64,000 bases of DNA, from positions 2,294,001-2,358,000 of the forward strand of contig OZ059896.1 of the NCBI GenBank assembly GCA_964057225.1, in the 5' to 3' direction. The notes below the pieces were generated by a model, which saw only the letters and a list, made by a program, of their open reading frames with translations, did not search any database and was not told where the DNA came from. Origin of the DNA: Auanema rhodensis. Lineage: Eukaryota > Animalia > Nematoda. Below are positions 38,601 to 54,200 of this stretch, piece by piece (the first letter of the stretch is position 1; each line of letters opens with the position of its first letter). The position numbers were made by a program, and so were the translations under genes.

Positions 38601-41600
38601 TATATTACATTGAGGAAAGCTTAATACAAAAATTAGTTATGATTGTTTGAAAAATGATGCATTAGTGTATGTTGAGTTTCCATGTACACTCAAAATTGCT
38701 TCCAAAAACATTTTGACAAAAATTTTTTCGAAAAATTTCAAAATAATTTAGCAAAAAGTAGATGTTTTTAGATTCCTTCTTTCAAGGCAAAAACGATGGA
38801 CATTGTTATTCAACGAAAAAATTAATTCTTCAGGGTGAAAATCGAGGATATAAGTGTGAACTTATATCAGTTGATATCTCGGTGCATTTTTAAGCTAGCG
38901 CAAATCTGATAACACAGATCGACGCAGCTTAAAAATCCGCATCGAATGCACTATATTACATTGAGGAAAGCTTAATACAAAAATTAGTTATGATTGTTTG
39001 AAAAATGATGCATTAGTGTATGTTGAGTTTCCATGTACACTCAAAATTGCTTCCAAAAACATTTTGACAAAAATTTTTTCGAAAAATTTCAAAATAATTT
39101 AGCAAAAAGTAGATGTTTTTAGATTCCTTCTTTCAAGGCAAAAACGATGGACAATGTTATTCAACGAAAAAATTAATTCTTCAGGGTGAAAATCGAGGAT
39201 ATAAGTGTGAACTTATATCAGTTGATATCTCGGTGCATTTTTAAGCTAGCGCAAATCTGATAACACAGATCGACGCAGCTTAAAAATCCGCATCGAATGC
39301 ATTATACTACATGGAGAAACGCTCATCACAAAAATTAGTTATGATCGTTTGAAAAATGATGCATTAGTGTATGTTGAGTTTCCATGTACACTCAACATTG
39401 CTTCCAAAAACATTTTGACAAAACTTTTTTCGAAAAATTTCAAAATAATTTAGCAAAAAGTAGATGTTTTTAGATTCCTTCTTTCAAGGCAAAAACGATG
39501 GACAATGTTATTCAACGAAAAAATTAATTCTTCAGGGTGAAAATCGAGGATATAAGTGTGAACTTATATCAGTTGATATATCGGTGCATTTTTAAGCTAG
39601 CGCAAATCTGATAACATAGATCGACGCAGCTTAAAAGTCCGCATCGAATGCACTATACTACATTAAGAAAAGCTTAATACAAAAATTAGTTATGATCGTT
39701 TGAAAAATGATGCATTAGTGTATGTTGAGTTTCCATGTACACTCAACATTGCTTCCAAAAACATTTTGACAAAAATTTTTTCGAAAAATTTCAAAATAAT
39801 TTAGCAAAAAGTAGATGTTTTTAGATTCCTTCTTTCAAGGCAAAAACGATGGACAATGTTATTCAACGAAAAAATTAATTCTTCAGGGTGAAAATCGAGG
39901 ATATAAGTGTGAACTTATATCAGTTGATATCTCGGTGCATTTTTAAGCTAGCGCAAATCTGATAACACAGATCGACGCAGCTTAAAAATCCGCATCGAAT
40001 GCACTATATTACATTGAGGAAAGCTTAATACAAAAATTAGTTATGATTGTTTGAAAAATGATGCATTAGTGTATGTTGAGTTTCCATGTACACTCAAAAT
40101 TGCTTCCAAAAACATTTTGACAAAAATTTTTTCGAAAAATTTCAAAATAATTTAGCAAAAAGTAGATGTTTTTAGATTCCTTCTTTCAAGGCAAAAACGA
40201 TGGACATTGTTAGTCAACGAAAAAATTAATTCTTCAGGGTGAAAATCGAGGATATAAGTGTGAACTTATATCAGTTGATATCTCGGTGCATTTTTAAGCT
40301 AGCGCAAATCTGATAACACAGATCGACGCAGCTTAAAAATCCGCATCGAATGCACTATATTACATTGAGGAAAGCTTAATACAAAAATTAGTTATGATTG
40401 TTTGAAAAATGATGCATTAGTGTATGTTGAGTTTCCATGTACACTCAAAATTGCTTCCAAAAACATTTTGACAAAAATTTTTTCGAAAAATTTCAAAATA
40501 ATTTAGCAAAAAGTAGATGTTTTTAGATTCCTTCTTTCAAGGCAAAAACGATGGACATTGTTATTCAACGAAAAAATTAATTCTTCAGGGTGAAAATCGA
40601 GGATATAAGTGTGAACTTATATCAGTTGATATCTCGGTGCATTTTTAAGCTAGCGCAAATCTGATAACACAGATCGACGCAGCTTAAAAATCCGCATCGA
40701 ATGCATTATACTACATGGAGAAACGCTCATCACAAAAATTAGTTATGATCGTTTGAAAAATGATGCATTAGTGTATGTTGAGTTTCCATGTACACTCAAC
40801 ATTGCTTCCAAAAACATTTTGACAAAAATTTTTTCGAAAAATTTCAAAATAATTTAGCAAAAAGTAGATGTTTTTAGATTCCTTCTTTCAAGGCAAAAAC
40901 GATGGACAATGTTATTCAACGAAAAAATTAATTCTTCAGGGTGAAAATCGAGGATATAAGTGTGAACTTATATCAGTTGATATCTCGGTGCATTTTCAAG
41001 CTAGCGCAAATCTGATAACATAGATCGACGCAGCTTAAAAGTCCGCATCGAATGCACTATACTACATTAAGAAAAGCTTAATACAAAAATTAGTTATGAT
41101 CGTTTGAAAAATGATGCATTAGTGTATGTTGAGTTTCCATGTACACTCAACATTGCTTCCAAAAACATTTTGACAAAAATTTTTTCGAAAAATTTCAAAA
41201 TAATTTAGCAAAAAGTAGATGTTTTTAGATTCCTTCTTTCAAGGCAAAAACGATGGACAATGTTATTCAACGAAAAAATTAATTCTTCAGGGTGAAAATC
41301 GAGGATATAAGTGTGAACTTATATCAGTTGATATCTCGGTGCATTTTTAAGCTAGCGCAAATCTGATAACACAGATCGACGCAGCTTAAAAATCCGCATC
41401 GAATGCACTATATTACATTGAGGAAAGCTTAATACAAAAATTAGTTATGATTGTTTGAAAAATGATGCATTAGTGTATGTTGAGTTTCCATGTACACTCA
41501 AAATTGCTTCCAAAAACATTTTGACAAAAATTTTTTCGAAAAATTTCAAAATAATTTAGCAAAAAGTAGATGTTTTTAGATTCCTTCTTTCAAGGCAAAA

Positions 41601-41757
41601 ACGATGGACATTGTTATTCAACGAAAAAATTAATTCTTCAGGGTGAAAATCGAGGATATAAGTGTGAACTTATATCAGTTGATATCTCGGTGCATTTTTA
41701 AGCTAGCGCAAATCTGATAACACAGATCGACGCAGCTTAAAAATCCGCATCGAATGC

Positions 41758-44700
41758 ATTATACTACATGGAGAAACGCTCATCACAAAAATTAGTTATG
41801 ATCGTTTGAAAAATGATGCATTAGTGTATGTTGAGTTTCCATGTACACTCAACATTGCTTCCAAAAACATTTTGACAAAAATTTTTTCGAAAAATTTCAA
41901 AATAATTTAGCAAAAAGTAGATGTTTTTAGATTCCTTCTTTCAAGGCAAAAACGATGGACAATGTTATTCAACGAAAAAATTAATTCTTCAGGGTGAAAA
42001 TCGAGGATATAAGTGTGAACTTATATCAGTTGATATCTCGGTGCATTTTCAAGCTAGCGCAAATCTGATAACATAGATCGACGCAGCTTAAAAGTCCGCA
42101 TCGAATGCACTATACTACATTAAGAAAAGCTTAATACAAAAATTAGTTATGATCGTTTGAAAAATGATGCATTAGTGTATGTTGAGTTTCCATGTACACT
42201 CAACATTGCTTCCAAAAACATTTTGACAAAAATTTTTTCGAAAAATTTCAAAATAATTTAGCAAAAAGTATATGTTTTTAGATTCCTTTTTTCAAGGCAA
42301 AAACGATGGACAATGTTATTCAACGAAAAAATTAATTCTTCAGGGTGAAAATCGAGGATATAAGTGTGAACTTATATCAGTTGATATCTCGGTGCATTTT
42401 TAAGCTAGCGCAAATCTGATAACATAGATCGACGCAGCTTAAAAGTCCGCATCGAACGCACTATATTACATTGAGGAAAGCTTAATACAAAAATTAGTTA
42501 TGATCGTTTGAAAAATGATGCATTAGTGTATGTTGAGTTTCCATGTACACTCAACATTGCTTCCAAAAACATTTTGACAAAAATTTTTTCGAAAAATTTC
42601 AAAATAATTTAGCAAAAAGTAGATGTTTTTAGATTCCTTTTTTTGAGGCAAAAACGATGGACAATGTTATTCAACGAAAAAATTAATTCTTCAGGGTGAA
42701 AATCGAGGATATAAGTGTGAACTTATATCAGTTAATATCTCGGTGCATTTTTAAGCTAGCGCAAATCTGATAACACAGATCGACGCAGCTTAAAAAACCG
42801 CATCGAATGCACTATATTACATTGAGAAAAGCTTAATACAAAAATTAGTTATGATCGTTTGAAAAATGATGCATTAGTGTATGTTGAGTTTCCATGTACA
42901 CTCAAAATTGCTTCCAAAAACATTTTGACAAAAATTTTTTCGAAAAATTTCAAAATAATTTAGCAAAAAGTAGATGTTTTTAGATTCCTTTTTTTGAGGC
43001 AAAAACGATGGACAATGTTATTCAACGAAAAAATTAATTCTTCAGGGTGAAAATCGAGGATATAAGTGTGAACTTATATCAGTTAATATCTCGGTGCATT
43101 TTTAAGCTAGCGCAAATCTGATAACACAGATCGACGCAGCTTAAAAAACCGCATCGAATGCACTATATTACATTGAGAAAAGCTTAATACAAAAATTAGT
43201 TATGATCGTTTGAAAAATGATGCATTAGTGTATGTTGAGTTTCCATGTACACTCAAAATTGCTTCCAAAAACATTTTGACAAAAATTTTTTCGAAAAATT
43301 TCAAAATAATTTAGCAAAAAGTAGATGTTTTTAGATTCCTTCTTTCAAGGCAAAAACGATGGACAATGTTATTCAACGAAAAAATTAATTCTTCAGGGTG
43401 AAAATCGAGGATATAAGTGTGAACTTATATCAGTTAATATCTCGGTGCATTTTTAAGCTAGCGCAAATCTGATAACACAGATCGACGCAGCTTAAAAATC
43501 CGCATCGAATGCACTATATTACATAGAGAAACGCTCAATACAAAAATTAGTTATGATCGTTTGAAAAATGATGCATTAGTGTATGTTGAGTTTCCATGTA
43601 CACTCAACATTGCTTCCAAAAACATTTTGACAAAAATTTTTTCGAAAAATTTCAAAATAATTTAGCAAAAAGTAGATGTTTTTAGATTCCTTCTTTCAAG
43701 GCAAAAACGATGGACAATGTTATTCAACGAAAAAATTAATTCTTCAGGGTGAAAATCGAGGATATAAGTGTGAACTTATATCAGTTGATATCTCGGTGCA
43801 TTTTTAAGCTAGCGCAAATCTGATAACATAGATCGACGCAGCTTAAAAGTCCGCATCGAATGCACTATACTACATTAAGAAAAGCTTAATACAAAAATTA
43901 GTTATGATCGTTTGAAAAATGATGCATTAGTGTATGTTGAGTTTCCATGTACACTCAAAATTGCTTCCAAAAACATTTTGACAAAAATTTTTTCGAAAAA
44001 TTTCAAAATAATTTAGCAAAAAGTAAATGTTTTTAGATTTCTTTTTTCAAGGCAAAAACGATGGACAATGTTATTCAACGAAAAAATTAATTCTTCAGGG
44101 TGAAAATCGAGGATATAAGTGTGAACTTATATCAGTTAATATCTCGGTGCATTTGTAAGCTAGCGCAAATCTGATAACACAGATCGACGCAGCTTAAAAA
44201 TCCGCATCGAATGCACTATATTACATAGAGAAACGCTCAATACAAAAATTAGTTATGATCGTTTGAAAAATGATGCATTAGTGTATGTTGAGTTTCCATG
44301 TACACTCAACATTGCTTCCAAAAACATTTTGACAAAAATTTTTTCGAAAAATTTCAAAATAATTTAGCAAAAAGTAGATGTTTTTAGATTCCTTCTTTCA
44401 AGGCAAAAACGATGGACATTGTTATTCAACGAAAAAATTAATTCTTCAGGGTGAAAATCGAGGATATAAGTGTGAACTTATATCAGTTGATATCTCGGTG
44501 CATTTTTAAGCTAGCGCAAATCTGATAACACAGATCGACGCAGCTTAAAAATCCGCATCGAATGCATTATACTACATGGAGAAACGCTCATCACAAAAAT
44601 TAGTTATGATCGTTTGAAAAATGATGCATTAGTGTATGTTGAGTTTCCATGTACACTCAACATTGCTTCCAAAAACATTTTGACAAAAATTTTTTCGAAA

Positions 44701-47700
44701 AATTTCAAAATAATTTAGCAAAAAGTAGATGTTTTTAGATTCCTTCTTTCAAGGCAAAAACGATGGACAATGTTATTCAACGAAAAAATTAATTCTTCAG
44801 GGTGAAAATCGAGGATATAAGTGTGAACTTATATCAGTTGATATCTCGGTGCATTTTCAAGCTAGCGCAAATCTGATAACATAGATCGACGCAGCTTAAA
44901 AGTCCGCATCGAATGCACTATACTACATTAAGAAAAGCTTAATACAAAAATTAGTTATGATCGTTTGAAAAATGATGCATTAGTGTATGTTGAGTTTCCA
45001 TGTACACTCAACATTGCTTCCAAAAACATTTTGACAAAAATTTTTTCGAAAAATTTCAAAATAATTTAGCAAAAAGTATATGTTTTTAGATTCCTTTTTT
45101 CAAGGCAAAAACGATGGACAATGTTATTCAACGAAAAAATTAATTCTTCAGGGTGAAAATCGAGGATATAAGTGTGAACTTATATCAGTTGATATCTCGG
45201 TGCATTTTTAAGCTAGCGCAAATCTGATAACATAGATCGACGCAGCTTAAAAGTCCGCATCGAACGCACTATATTACATTGAGGAAAGCTTAATACAAAA
45301 ATTAGTTATGATCGTTTGAAAAATGATGCATTAGTGTATGTTGAGTTTCCATGTACACTCAACATTGCTTCCAAAAACATTTTGACAAAAATTTTTTCGA
45401 AAAATTTCAAAATAATTTAGCAAAAAGTAGATGTTTTTAGATTCCTTTTTTTGAGGCAAAAACGATGGACAATGTTATTCAACGAAAAAATTAATTCTTC
45501 AGGGTGAAAATCGAGGATATAAGTGTGAACTTATATCAGTTAATATCTCGGTGCATTTTTAAGCTAGCGCAAATCTGATAACACAGATCGACGCAGCTTA
45601 AAAAACCGCATCGAATGCACTATATTACATTGAGAAAAGCTTAATACAAAAATTAGTTATGATCGTTTGAAAAATGATGCATTAGTGTATGTTGAGTTTC
45701 CATGTACACTCAAAATTGCTTCCAAAAACATTTTGACAAAAATTTTTTCGAAAAATTTCAAAATAATTTAGCAAAAAGTAGATGTTTTTAGATTCCTTCT
45801 TTCAAGGCAAAAACGATGGACAATGTTATTCAACGAAAAAATTAATTCTTCAGGGTGAAAATCGAGGATATAAGTGTGAACTTATATCAGTTAATATCTC
45901 GGTGCATTTTTAAGCTAGCGCAAATCTGATAACACAGATCGACGCAGCTTAAAAATCCGCATCGAATGCACTATATTACATAGAGAAACGCTCAATACAA
46001 AAATTAGTTATGATCGTTTGAAAAATGATGCATTAGTGTATGTTGAGTTTCCATGTACACTCAACATTGCTTCCAAAAACATTTTGACAAAAATTTTTTC
46101 GAAAAATTTCAAAATAATTTAGCAAAAAGTAGATGTTTTTAGATTCCTTCTTTCAAGGCAAAAACGATGGACAATGTTATTCAACGAAAAAATTAATTCT
46201 TCAGGGTGAAAATCGAGGATATAAGTGTGAACTTATATCAGTTGATATCTCGGTGCATTTTTAAGCTAGCGCAAATCTGATAACATAGATCGACGCAGCT
46301 TAAAAGTCCGCATCGAATGCACTATACTACATTAAGAAAAGCTTAATACAAAAATTAGTTATGATCGTTTGAAAAATGATGCATTAGTGTATGTTGAGTT
46401 TCCATGTACACTCAACATTGCTTCCAAAAACATTTTGACAAAAATTTTTTCGAAAAATTTCAAAATAATTTAGCAAAAAGTAGATGTTTTTAGATTCTTT
46501 CTTTCAAGGCAAAAACGATGGACAATGTTATTCAACGAAAAAATTAATTCTTCAGGGTGAAAATCGAGGATATAAGTGTGAACTTATATCAGTTGATATC
46601 TCGGTGCATTTTTAAGCTAGCGCAAATCTGATAACACAGATCGACGCAGCTTAAAAATCCGCATCGAATGCACTATATTACATTGAGGAAAGCTTAATAC
46701 AAAAATTAGTTATGATTGTTTGAAAAATGATGCATTAGTGTATGTTGAGTTTCCATGTACACTCAAAATTGCTTCCAAAAACATTTTGACAAAAATTTTT
46801 TCGAAAAATTTCAAAATAATTTAGCAAAAAGTAGATGTTTTTAGATTCCTTCTTTCAAGGCAAAAACGATGGACATTGTTATTCAACGAAAAAATTAATT
46901 CTTCAGGGTGAAAATCGAGGATATAAGTGTGAACTTATATCAGTTGATATCTCGGTGCATTTTTAAGCTAGCGCAAATCTGATAACACAGATCGACGCAG
47001 CTTAAAAATCCGCATCGAATGCACTATATTACATTGAGGAAAGCTTAATACAAAAATTAGTTATGATTGTTTGAAAAATGATGCATTAGTGTATGTTGAG
47101 TTTCCATGTACACTCAAAATTGCTTCCAAAAACATTTTGACAAAAATTTTTTCGAAAAATTTCAAAATAATTTAGCAAAAAGTAGATGTTTTTAGATTCC
47201 TTCCTTCAAGGCAAAAACGATGGACATTGTTATTCAACGAAAAAATTAATTCTTCAGGGTGAAAATCGAGGATATAAGTGTGAACTTATATCAGTTGATA
47301 TCTCGGTGCATTTTTAAGCTAGCGCAAATCTGATAACACAGATCGACGCAGCTTAAAAATCCGCATCGAATGCATTATACTACATGGAGAAACGCTCATC
47401 ACAAAAATTAGTTATGATCGTTTGAAAAATGATGCATTAGTGTATGTTGAGTTTCCATGTACACTCAACATTGCTTCCAAAAACATTTTGACAAAAATTT
47501 TTTCGAAAAATTTCAAAATAATTTAGCAAAAAGTAGATGTTTTTAGATTCCTTCTTTCAAGGCAAAAACGATGGACAATGTTATTCAACGAAAAAATTAA
47601 TTCTTCAGGGTGAAAATCGAGGATATAAGTGTGAACTTATATCAGTTGATATCTCGGTGCATTTTCAAGCTAGCGCAAATCTGATAACATAGATCGACGC

Positions 47701-49479
47701 AGCTTAAAAGTCCGCATCGAATGCACTATACTACATTAAGAAAAGCTTAATACAAAAATTAGTTATGATCGTTTGAAAAATGATGCATTAGTGTATGTTG
47801 AGTTTCCATGTACACTCAACATTGCTTCCAAAAACATTTTGACAAAAATTTTTTCGAAAAATTTCAAAATAATTTAGCAAAAAGTATATGTTTTTAGATT
47901 CCTTTTTTCAAGGCAAAAACGATGGACAATGTTATTCAACGAAAAAATTAATTCTTCAGGGTGAAAATCGAGGATATAAGTGTGAACTTATATCAGTTGA
48001 TATCTCGGTGCATTTTTAAGCTAGCGCAAATCTGATAACATAGATCGACGCAGCTTAAAAGTCCGCATCGAACGCACTATATTACATTGAGGAAAGCTTA
48101 ATACAAAAATTAGTTATGATCGTTTGAAAAATGATGCATTAGTGTATGTTGAGTTTCCATGTACACTCAACATTGCTTCCAAAAACATTTTGACAAAAAT
48201 TTTTTCGAAAAATTTCAAAATAATTTAGCAAAAAGTAGATGTTTTTAGATTCCTTTTTTTGAGGCAAAAACGATGGACAATGTTATTCAACGAAAAAATT
48301 AATTCTTCAGGGTGAAAATCGAGGATATAAGTGTGAACTTATATCAGTTAATATCTCGGTGCATTTTTAAGCTAGCGCAAATCTGATAACACAGATCGAC
48401 GCAGCTTAAAAAACCGCATCGAATGCACTATATTACATTGAGAAAAGCTTAATACAAAAATTAGTTATGATCGTTTGAAAAATGATGCATTAGTGTATGT
48501 TGAGTTTCCATGTACACTCAAAATTGCTTCCAAAAACATTTTGACAAAAATTTTTTCGAAAAATTTCAAAATAATTTAGCAAAAAGTAGATGTTTTTAGA
48601 TTCCTTCTTTCAAGGCAAAAACAATGGACAATGTTATTCAACGAAAAAATTAATTCTTCAGGGTGAAAATCGAGGATATAAGTGTGAACTTATATCAGTT
48701 AATATCTCGGTGCATTTTTAAGCTAGCGCAAATCTGATAACACAGATCGACGCAGCTTAAAAATCCGCATCGAATGCACTATATTACATAGAGGAAAGCT
48801 TAATACAAAAATTAGTTATGATCGTTTGAAAAATGATGCATTAGTGTATGTTGAGTTTCCATGTACACTCAACATTGCTTCCAAAAACATTTTGACAAAA
48901 ATTTTTTCGAAAAATTTCAAAATAATTTAGCAAAAAGTAGATGTTTTTAGATTCCTTCTTTCAAGGCAAAAACGATGGACAATGTTATTCAACGAAAAAA
49001 TTAATTCTTCAGGGTGAAAATCGAGGATATAAGTGTGAACTTATATCAGTTGATATCTCGGTGCATTTTTAAGCTAGCGCAAATCTGATAACATAGATCG
49101 ACGCAGCTTAAAAGTCCGCATCGAATGCACTATACTACATTAAGAAAAGCTTAATACAAAAATTAGTTATGATCGTTTGAAAAATGATGCATTAGTGTAT
49201 GTTGAGTTTCCATGTACACTCAAAATTGCTTCCAAAAACATTTTGACAAAAATTTTTTCGAAAAATTTCAAAATAATTTAGCAAAAAGTAAATGTTTTTA
49301 GATTCCTTTTTTCAAGGCAAAAACGATGGACAATGTTATTCAACGAAAAAATTAATTCTTCAGGGTGAAAATCGAGGATATAAGTGTGAACTTATATCAG
49401 TTAATATCTCGGTGCATTTTTAAGCTAGCGCAAATCTGATAACACAGATCGACGCAGCTTAAAAATCCGCATCGAATGC
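41758..49479. repeat. 8-monomer periodicity (2808 bp) in subfamily B, about 2.7 units
   Basis: AAGTATATG variant at 42271, 45079, 47887 and GAACGCAC variant at 42457, 45265, 48073, each 2808 apart. Confidence 0.85.
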
Positions 49480-51234
49480 ACTATATTACATAAAGAAACG
49501 CTCAATACAAAAATTAGTTATGATCGTTTGAAAAATGATGCATTAGTGTATGTTGAGTTTCCATGTACACTCAACATTGCTTCCAAAAACATTTTGACAA
49601 AAATTTTTTCGAAAAATTTCAAAATAATTTAGCAAAAAGTAGATGTTTTTAGATTCCTTCTTTCAAGGCAAAAACGATGGACAATGTTATTCAACGAAAA
49701 AATTAATTCTTCAGGGTGAAAATCGAGGATATAAGTGTGAACTTATATCAGTTGATATCTCGGTGCATTTTTAAGCTAGCGCAAATCTGATAACATAGAT
49801 CGACGCAGCTTAAAAGTCCGCATCGAATGCACTATACTACATTAAGAAAAGCTCAATACAAAAATTAGTTATGATCGTTTGAAAAATGATGCATTAGTGT
49901 ATGTTGAGTTTCCATGTACACTCAACATTGCTTCCAAAAACATTTTGACAAAAATTTTTTCGAAAAATTTCAAAATAATTTAGCAAAAAGTAGATGTTTT
50001 TAGATTCCTTCTTTCAAGGCAAAAACGATGGACAATGCTATTCAACGAAAAAATTAATTCTTCAGGGTGAAAATCGAGGATATAAGTGTGAACTTATATC
50101 AGTTGATATCTCGGTGCATTTTTAAGCTAGCGCAAATCTGATAACATAGATCGACGCAGCTTAAAAGTCCGCATCGAATGCACTATACTACATTAAGAAA
50201 AGCTCAATACAAAAATTAGTTATGATCGTTTGAAAAATGATGCATTAGTGTATGTTGAGTTTCCATGTACACTCAAAATTGCTTCCAAAAACATTTTGAC
50301 AAAAATTTTTTCGAAAAATTTCAAAATAATTTAGCAAAAAGTAGATGTTTTTAGATTCCTTTTTTCAAGGCAAAAACGATGGACAATGTTATTCAACGAA
50401 AAAATTAATTCTTCAGGGTGAAAATCGAGGATATAAGTGTGAACTTATATCAGTTAATATCTCGGTGCATTTTTAAGCTAGCGCAAATCTGATAACACAG
50501 ATCGACGCAGCTTAAAAATCCGCATCGAATGCACTATACTACATTAAGAAAAGCTCAATACAAAAATTAGTTATGATCGTTTGAAAAATGATGCATTAGT
50601 GTATGTTGAGTTTCCATGTACACTCAAAATTGCTTCCAAAAACATTTTGACAAAAATTTTTTCGAAAAATTTCAAAATAATTTAGCAAAAAGTAGATGTT
50701 TTTAGATTCCTTCTTTCAAGGCAAAAACGATGGACAATGTTATTCAACGAAAAAATTAATTCTTCAGGGTGAAAATCGAGGATATAAGTGTGAACTTATA
50801 TCAGTTAATATCTCGGTGCATTTTTAAGCTAGCGGAAATCTGATAACACAGATCGACGCAGCTTAAAAATCCGCATCGAATGCACTATATTACATAGAGA
50901 AACGCTCAATACAAAAATTAGTTATGATCGTTTGAAAAATGATGCATTAGTGTATGTTGAGTTTCCATGTACACTCAACATTGCTTCCAAAAACATTTTG
51001 ACAAAAATTTTTTCGAAAAATTTCAAAATAATTTAGCAAAAAGTAGATGTTTTTAGATTCCTTCTTTCAAGGCAAAAACGATGGACAATGTTATTCAACG
51101 AAAAAATTAATTCTTCAGGGTGAAAATCGAGGATATAAGTGTGAACTTATATCAGTTAATATCTCGGTGCATTTTTAAGCTAGCGCAAATCTGATAACAC
51201 AGATCGACGCAGCTTAAAAGTCCGCATCGAATGC

Positions 51235-54200
51235 ACTATACTACATTAAGAAAAGCTTAATACAAAAATTAGTTATGATCGTTTGAAAAATGATGCATTA
51301 GTGTATGTTGAGTTTCCATGTACACTCAAAATTGCTTCCAAAAACATTTTGACAAAAATTTTTTCGAAAAATTTCAAAATAATTTAGCAAAAAGTAGATG
51401 TTTTTAGATTCCTTCTTTCAAGGCAAAAACGATGGACCATGTTATTCAACGAAAAAATTAATTCTTCAGGGTGAAAATCGAGGATATAAGTGTGAACTTA
51501 TATCAGTTGATATCTCGGTGCATTTTTAAGCTAGCGCAAATCTGATAACACAGATCGACGCAGCTTAAAAATCCGCATCGAATGCATTATACTACATGGA
51601 GAAACGCTCATCACAAAAATTAGTTATGATCGTTTGAAAAATGATGCATTACTGTATGTTGAGTTTCCATGTACACTCAACATTGCTTCCAAAAACATTT
51701 TGACAAAATTTTTTCGAAAAATTTCAAAATAATTTCGCAAAAAGTAGATGTTTTTAGATTCCTTTTTTTGAGGCAAAAACGATGGACAATGTTATTCAAC
51801 GAAAAAATTAATTCTTCAGGGTGAAAATCGAGGATATAAGTGTGAACTTATATCAGTTGATATCTCGGTGCATTTTTAAGCTAGCGCAAATCTGATAACA
51901 CAGATCGAAGCAGCTTAAAAATCCGCATCGAATGCATTATACTACATGGAGAAACGCTCATCACAAAAATTAGTTATGATCGTTTGAAAAATGATGCATT
52001 AGTGTATGTTGAGTTTCCATGTACACTCAACATTGCTTCCAAAAACATTTTGACAAAAATTTTTTCGAAAAATTTTAAAATAATTTAGCAAAAAGTAGAT
52101 GTTTTTAGATTCCTTTTTTTGAGGCAAAAACGATGGACAATGTTATTCAACGAAAAAATCAATTCTTCAGGGTGAAAATCGAGGATATAAGTGTGAACTT
52201 ATATCAGTTAATATCTCGGTGCATTTTTAAGCTAGCGCAAATCTGATAACACAGATCGACGCAGCTTAAAAATCCGCATCGAATGCACTATACTACATTA
52301 AGAAAAGCTCAATACAAAAATTAGTTATGATCGTTTGAAAAATGATGCATTAGTGTATGTTGAGTTTCCATGTACACTCAAAATTGCTTCCAAAAACATT
52401 TTGACAAAAATTTTTTCGAAAAATTTCAAAATAATTTAGCAAAAAGTAGATGTTTTTAGATTCCTTTTTTCAAGGCAAAAACGATGGACAATGTTATTCA
52501 ACGAAAAAATTAATTCTTCAGGGTGAAAATCGAGGATATAAGTGTGAACTTATATCAGTTAATATCTCGGTGCATTTTTAAGCTAGCGCAAATCTGATAA
52601 CACAGATCGACGCAGCTTAAAAATCCGCATCGAATGCACTATACTACATTAAGAAAAACTCAATACAAAAATTAGTTATGATCGTTTGAAAAATGATGCA
52701 TTAGTGTATGTTGAGTTTCCATGTACACTCAAAATTGCTTCCAAAAACATTTTGACAAAAATTTTTTCGAAAAATTTCAAAATAATTTAGCAAAAAGTAG
52801 ATGTTTTTAGATTCCTTCTTTCAAGGCAAAAACGATGGACAATGTTATTCAACGAAAAAATTAATTCTTCAGGGTGAAAATCGAGGATATAAGTGTGAAC
52901 TTATATCAGTTAATATCTCGGTGCATTTTTAAGCTAGCGCAAATCTGATAACACAGATCGACGCAGCTTAAAAATCCGCATCGAATGCACTATATTACAT
53001 AGAGAAACGCTCAATACAAAAATTAGTTATGATCGTTTGAAAAATGATGCATTAGTGTATGTTGAGTTTCCATGTACACTCAACATTGCTTCCAAAAACA
53101 TTTTGACAAAAATTTTTTCGAAAAATTTCAAAATAATTTAGCAAAAAGTAGATGTTTTTAGATTCCTTCTTTCAAGGCAAAAACGATGGACAATGTTATT
53201 CAACGAAAAAATTAATTCTTCAGGGTGAAAATCGAGGATATAAGTGTGAACTTATATCAGTTAATATCTCGGTGCATTTTTAAGCTAGCGCAAATCTGAT
53301 AACACAGATCGACGCAGCTTAAAAATCCGCATCGAATGCACTATATTACATAGAGAAACGCTCAATACAAAAATTAGTTATGATCGTTTGAAAAATGATG
53401 CATTAGTGTATGTTGAGTTTCCATGTACACTCAACATTGCTTCCAAAAACATTTTGACAAAAATTTTTTCGAAAAATTTCAAAATAATTTAGCAAAAAGT
53501 AGATGTTTTTAGATTCCTTCTTTCAAGGCAAAAACGATGGACAATGTTATTCAACGAAAAAATTAATTCTTCAGGGTGAAAATCGAGGATATAAGTGTGA
53601 ACTTATATCAGTTAATATCTCGGTGCATTTTTAAGCTAGCGCAAATCTGATAACACAGATCGACGCAGCTTAAAAGTCCGCATCGAATGCACTATACTAC
53701 ATTAAGAAAAGCTTAATACAAAAATTAGTTATGATCGTTTGAAAAATGATGCATTAGTGTATGTTGAGTTTCCATGTACACTCAAAATTGCTTCCAAAAA
53801 CATTTTGACAAAAATTTTTTCGAAAAATTTCAAAATAATTTAGCAAAAAGTAGATGTTTTTAGATTCCTTCTTTCAAGGCAAAAACGATGGACCATGTTA
53901 TTCAACGAAAAAATTAATTCTTCAGGGTGAAAATCGAGGATATAAGTGTGAACTTATATCAGTTGATATCTCGGTGCATTTTTAAGCTAGCGCAAATCTG
54001 ATAACACAGATCGACGCAGCTTAAAAATCCGCATCGAATGCATTATACTACATGGAGAAACGCTCATCACAAAAATTAGTTATGATCGTTTGAAAAATGA
54101 TGCATTACTGTATGTTGAGTTTCCATGTACACTCAACATTGCTTCCAAAAACATTTTGACAAAATTTTTTCGAAAAATTTCAAAATAATTTCGCAAAAAG

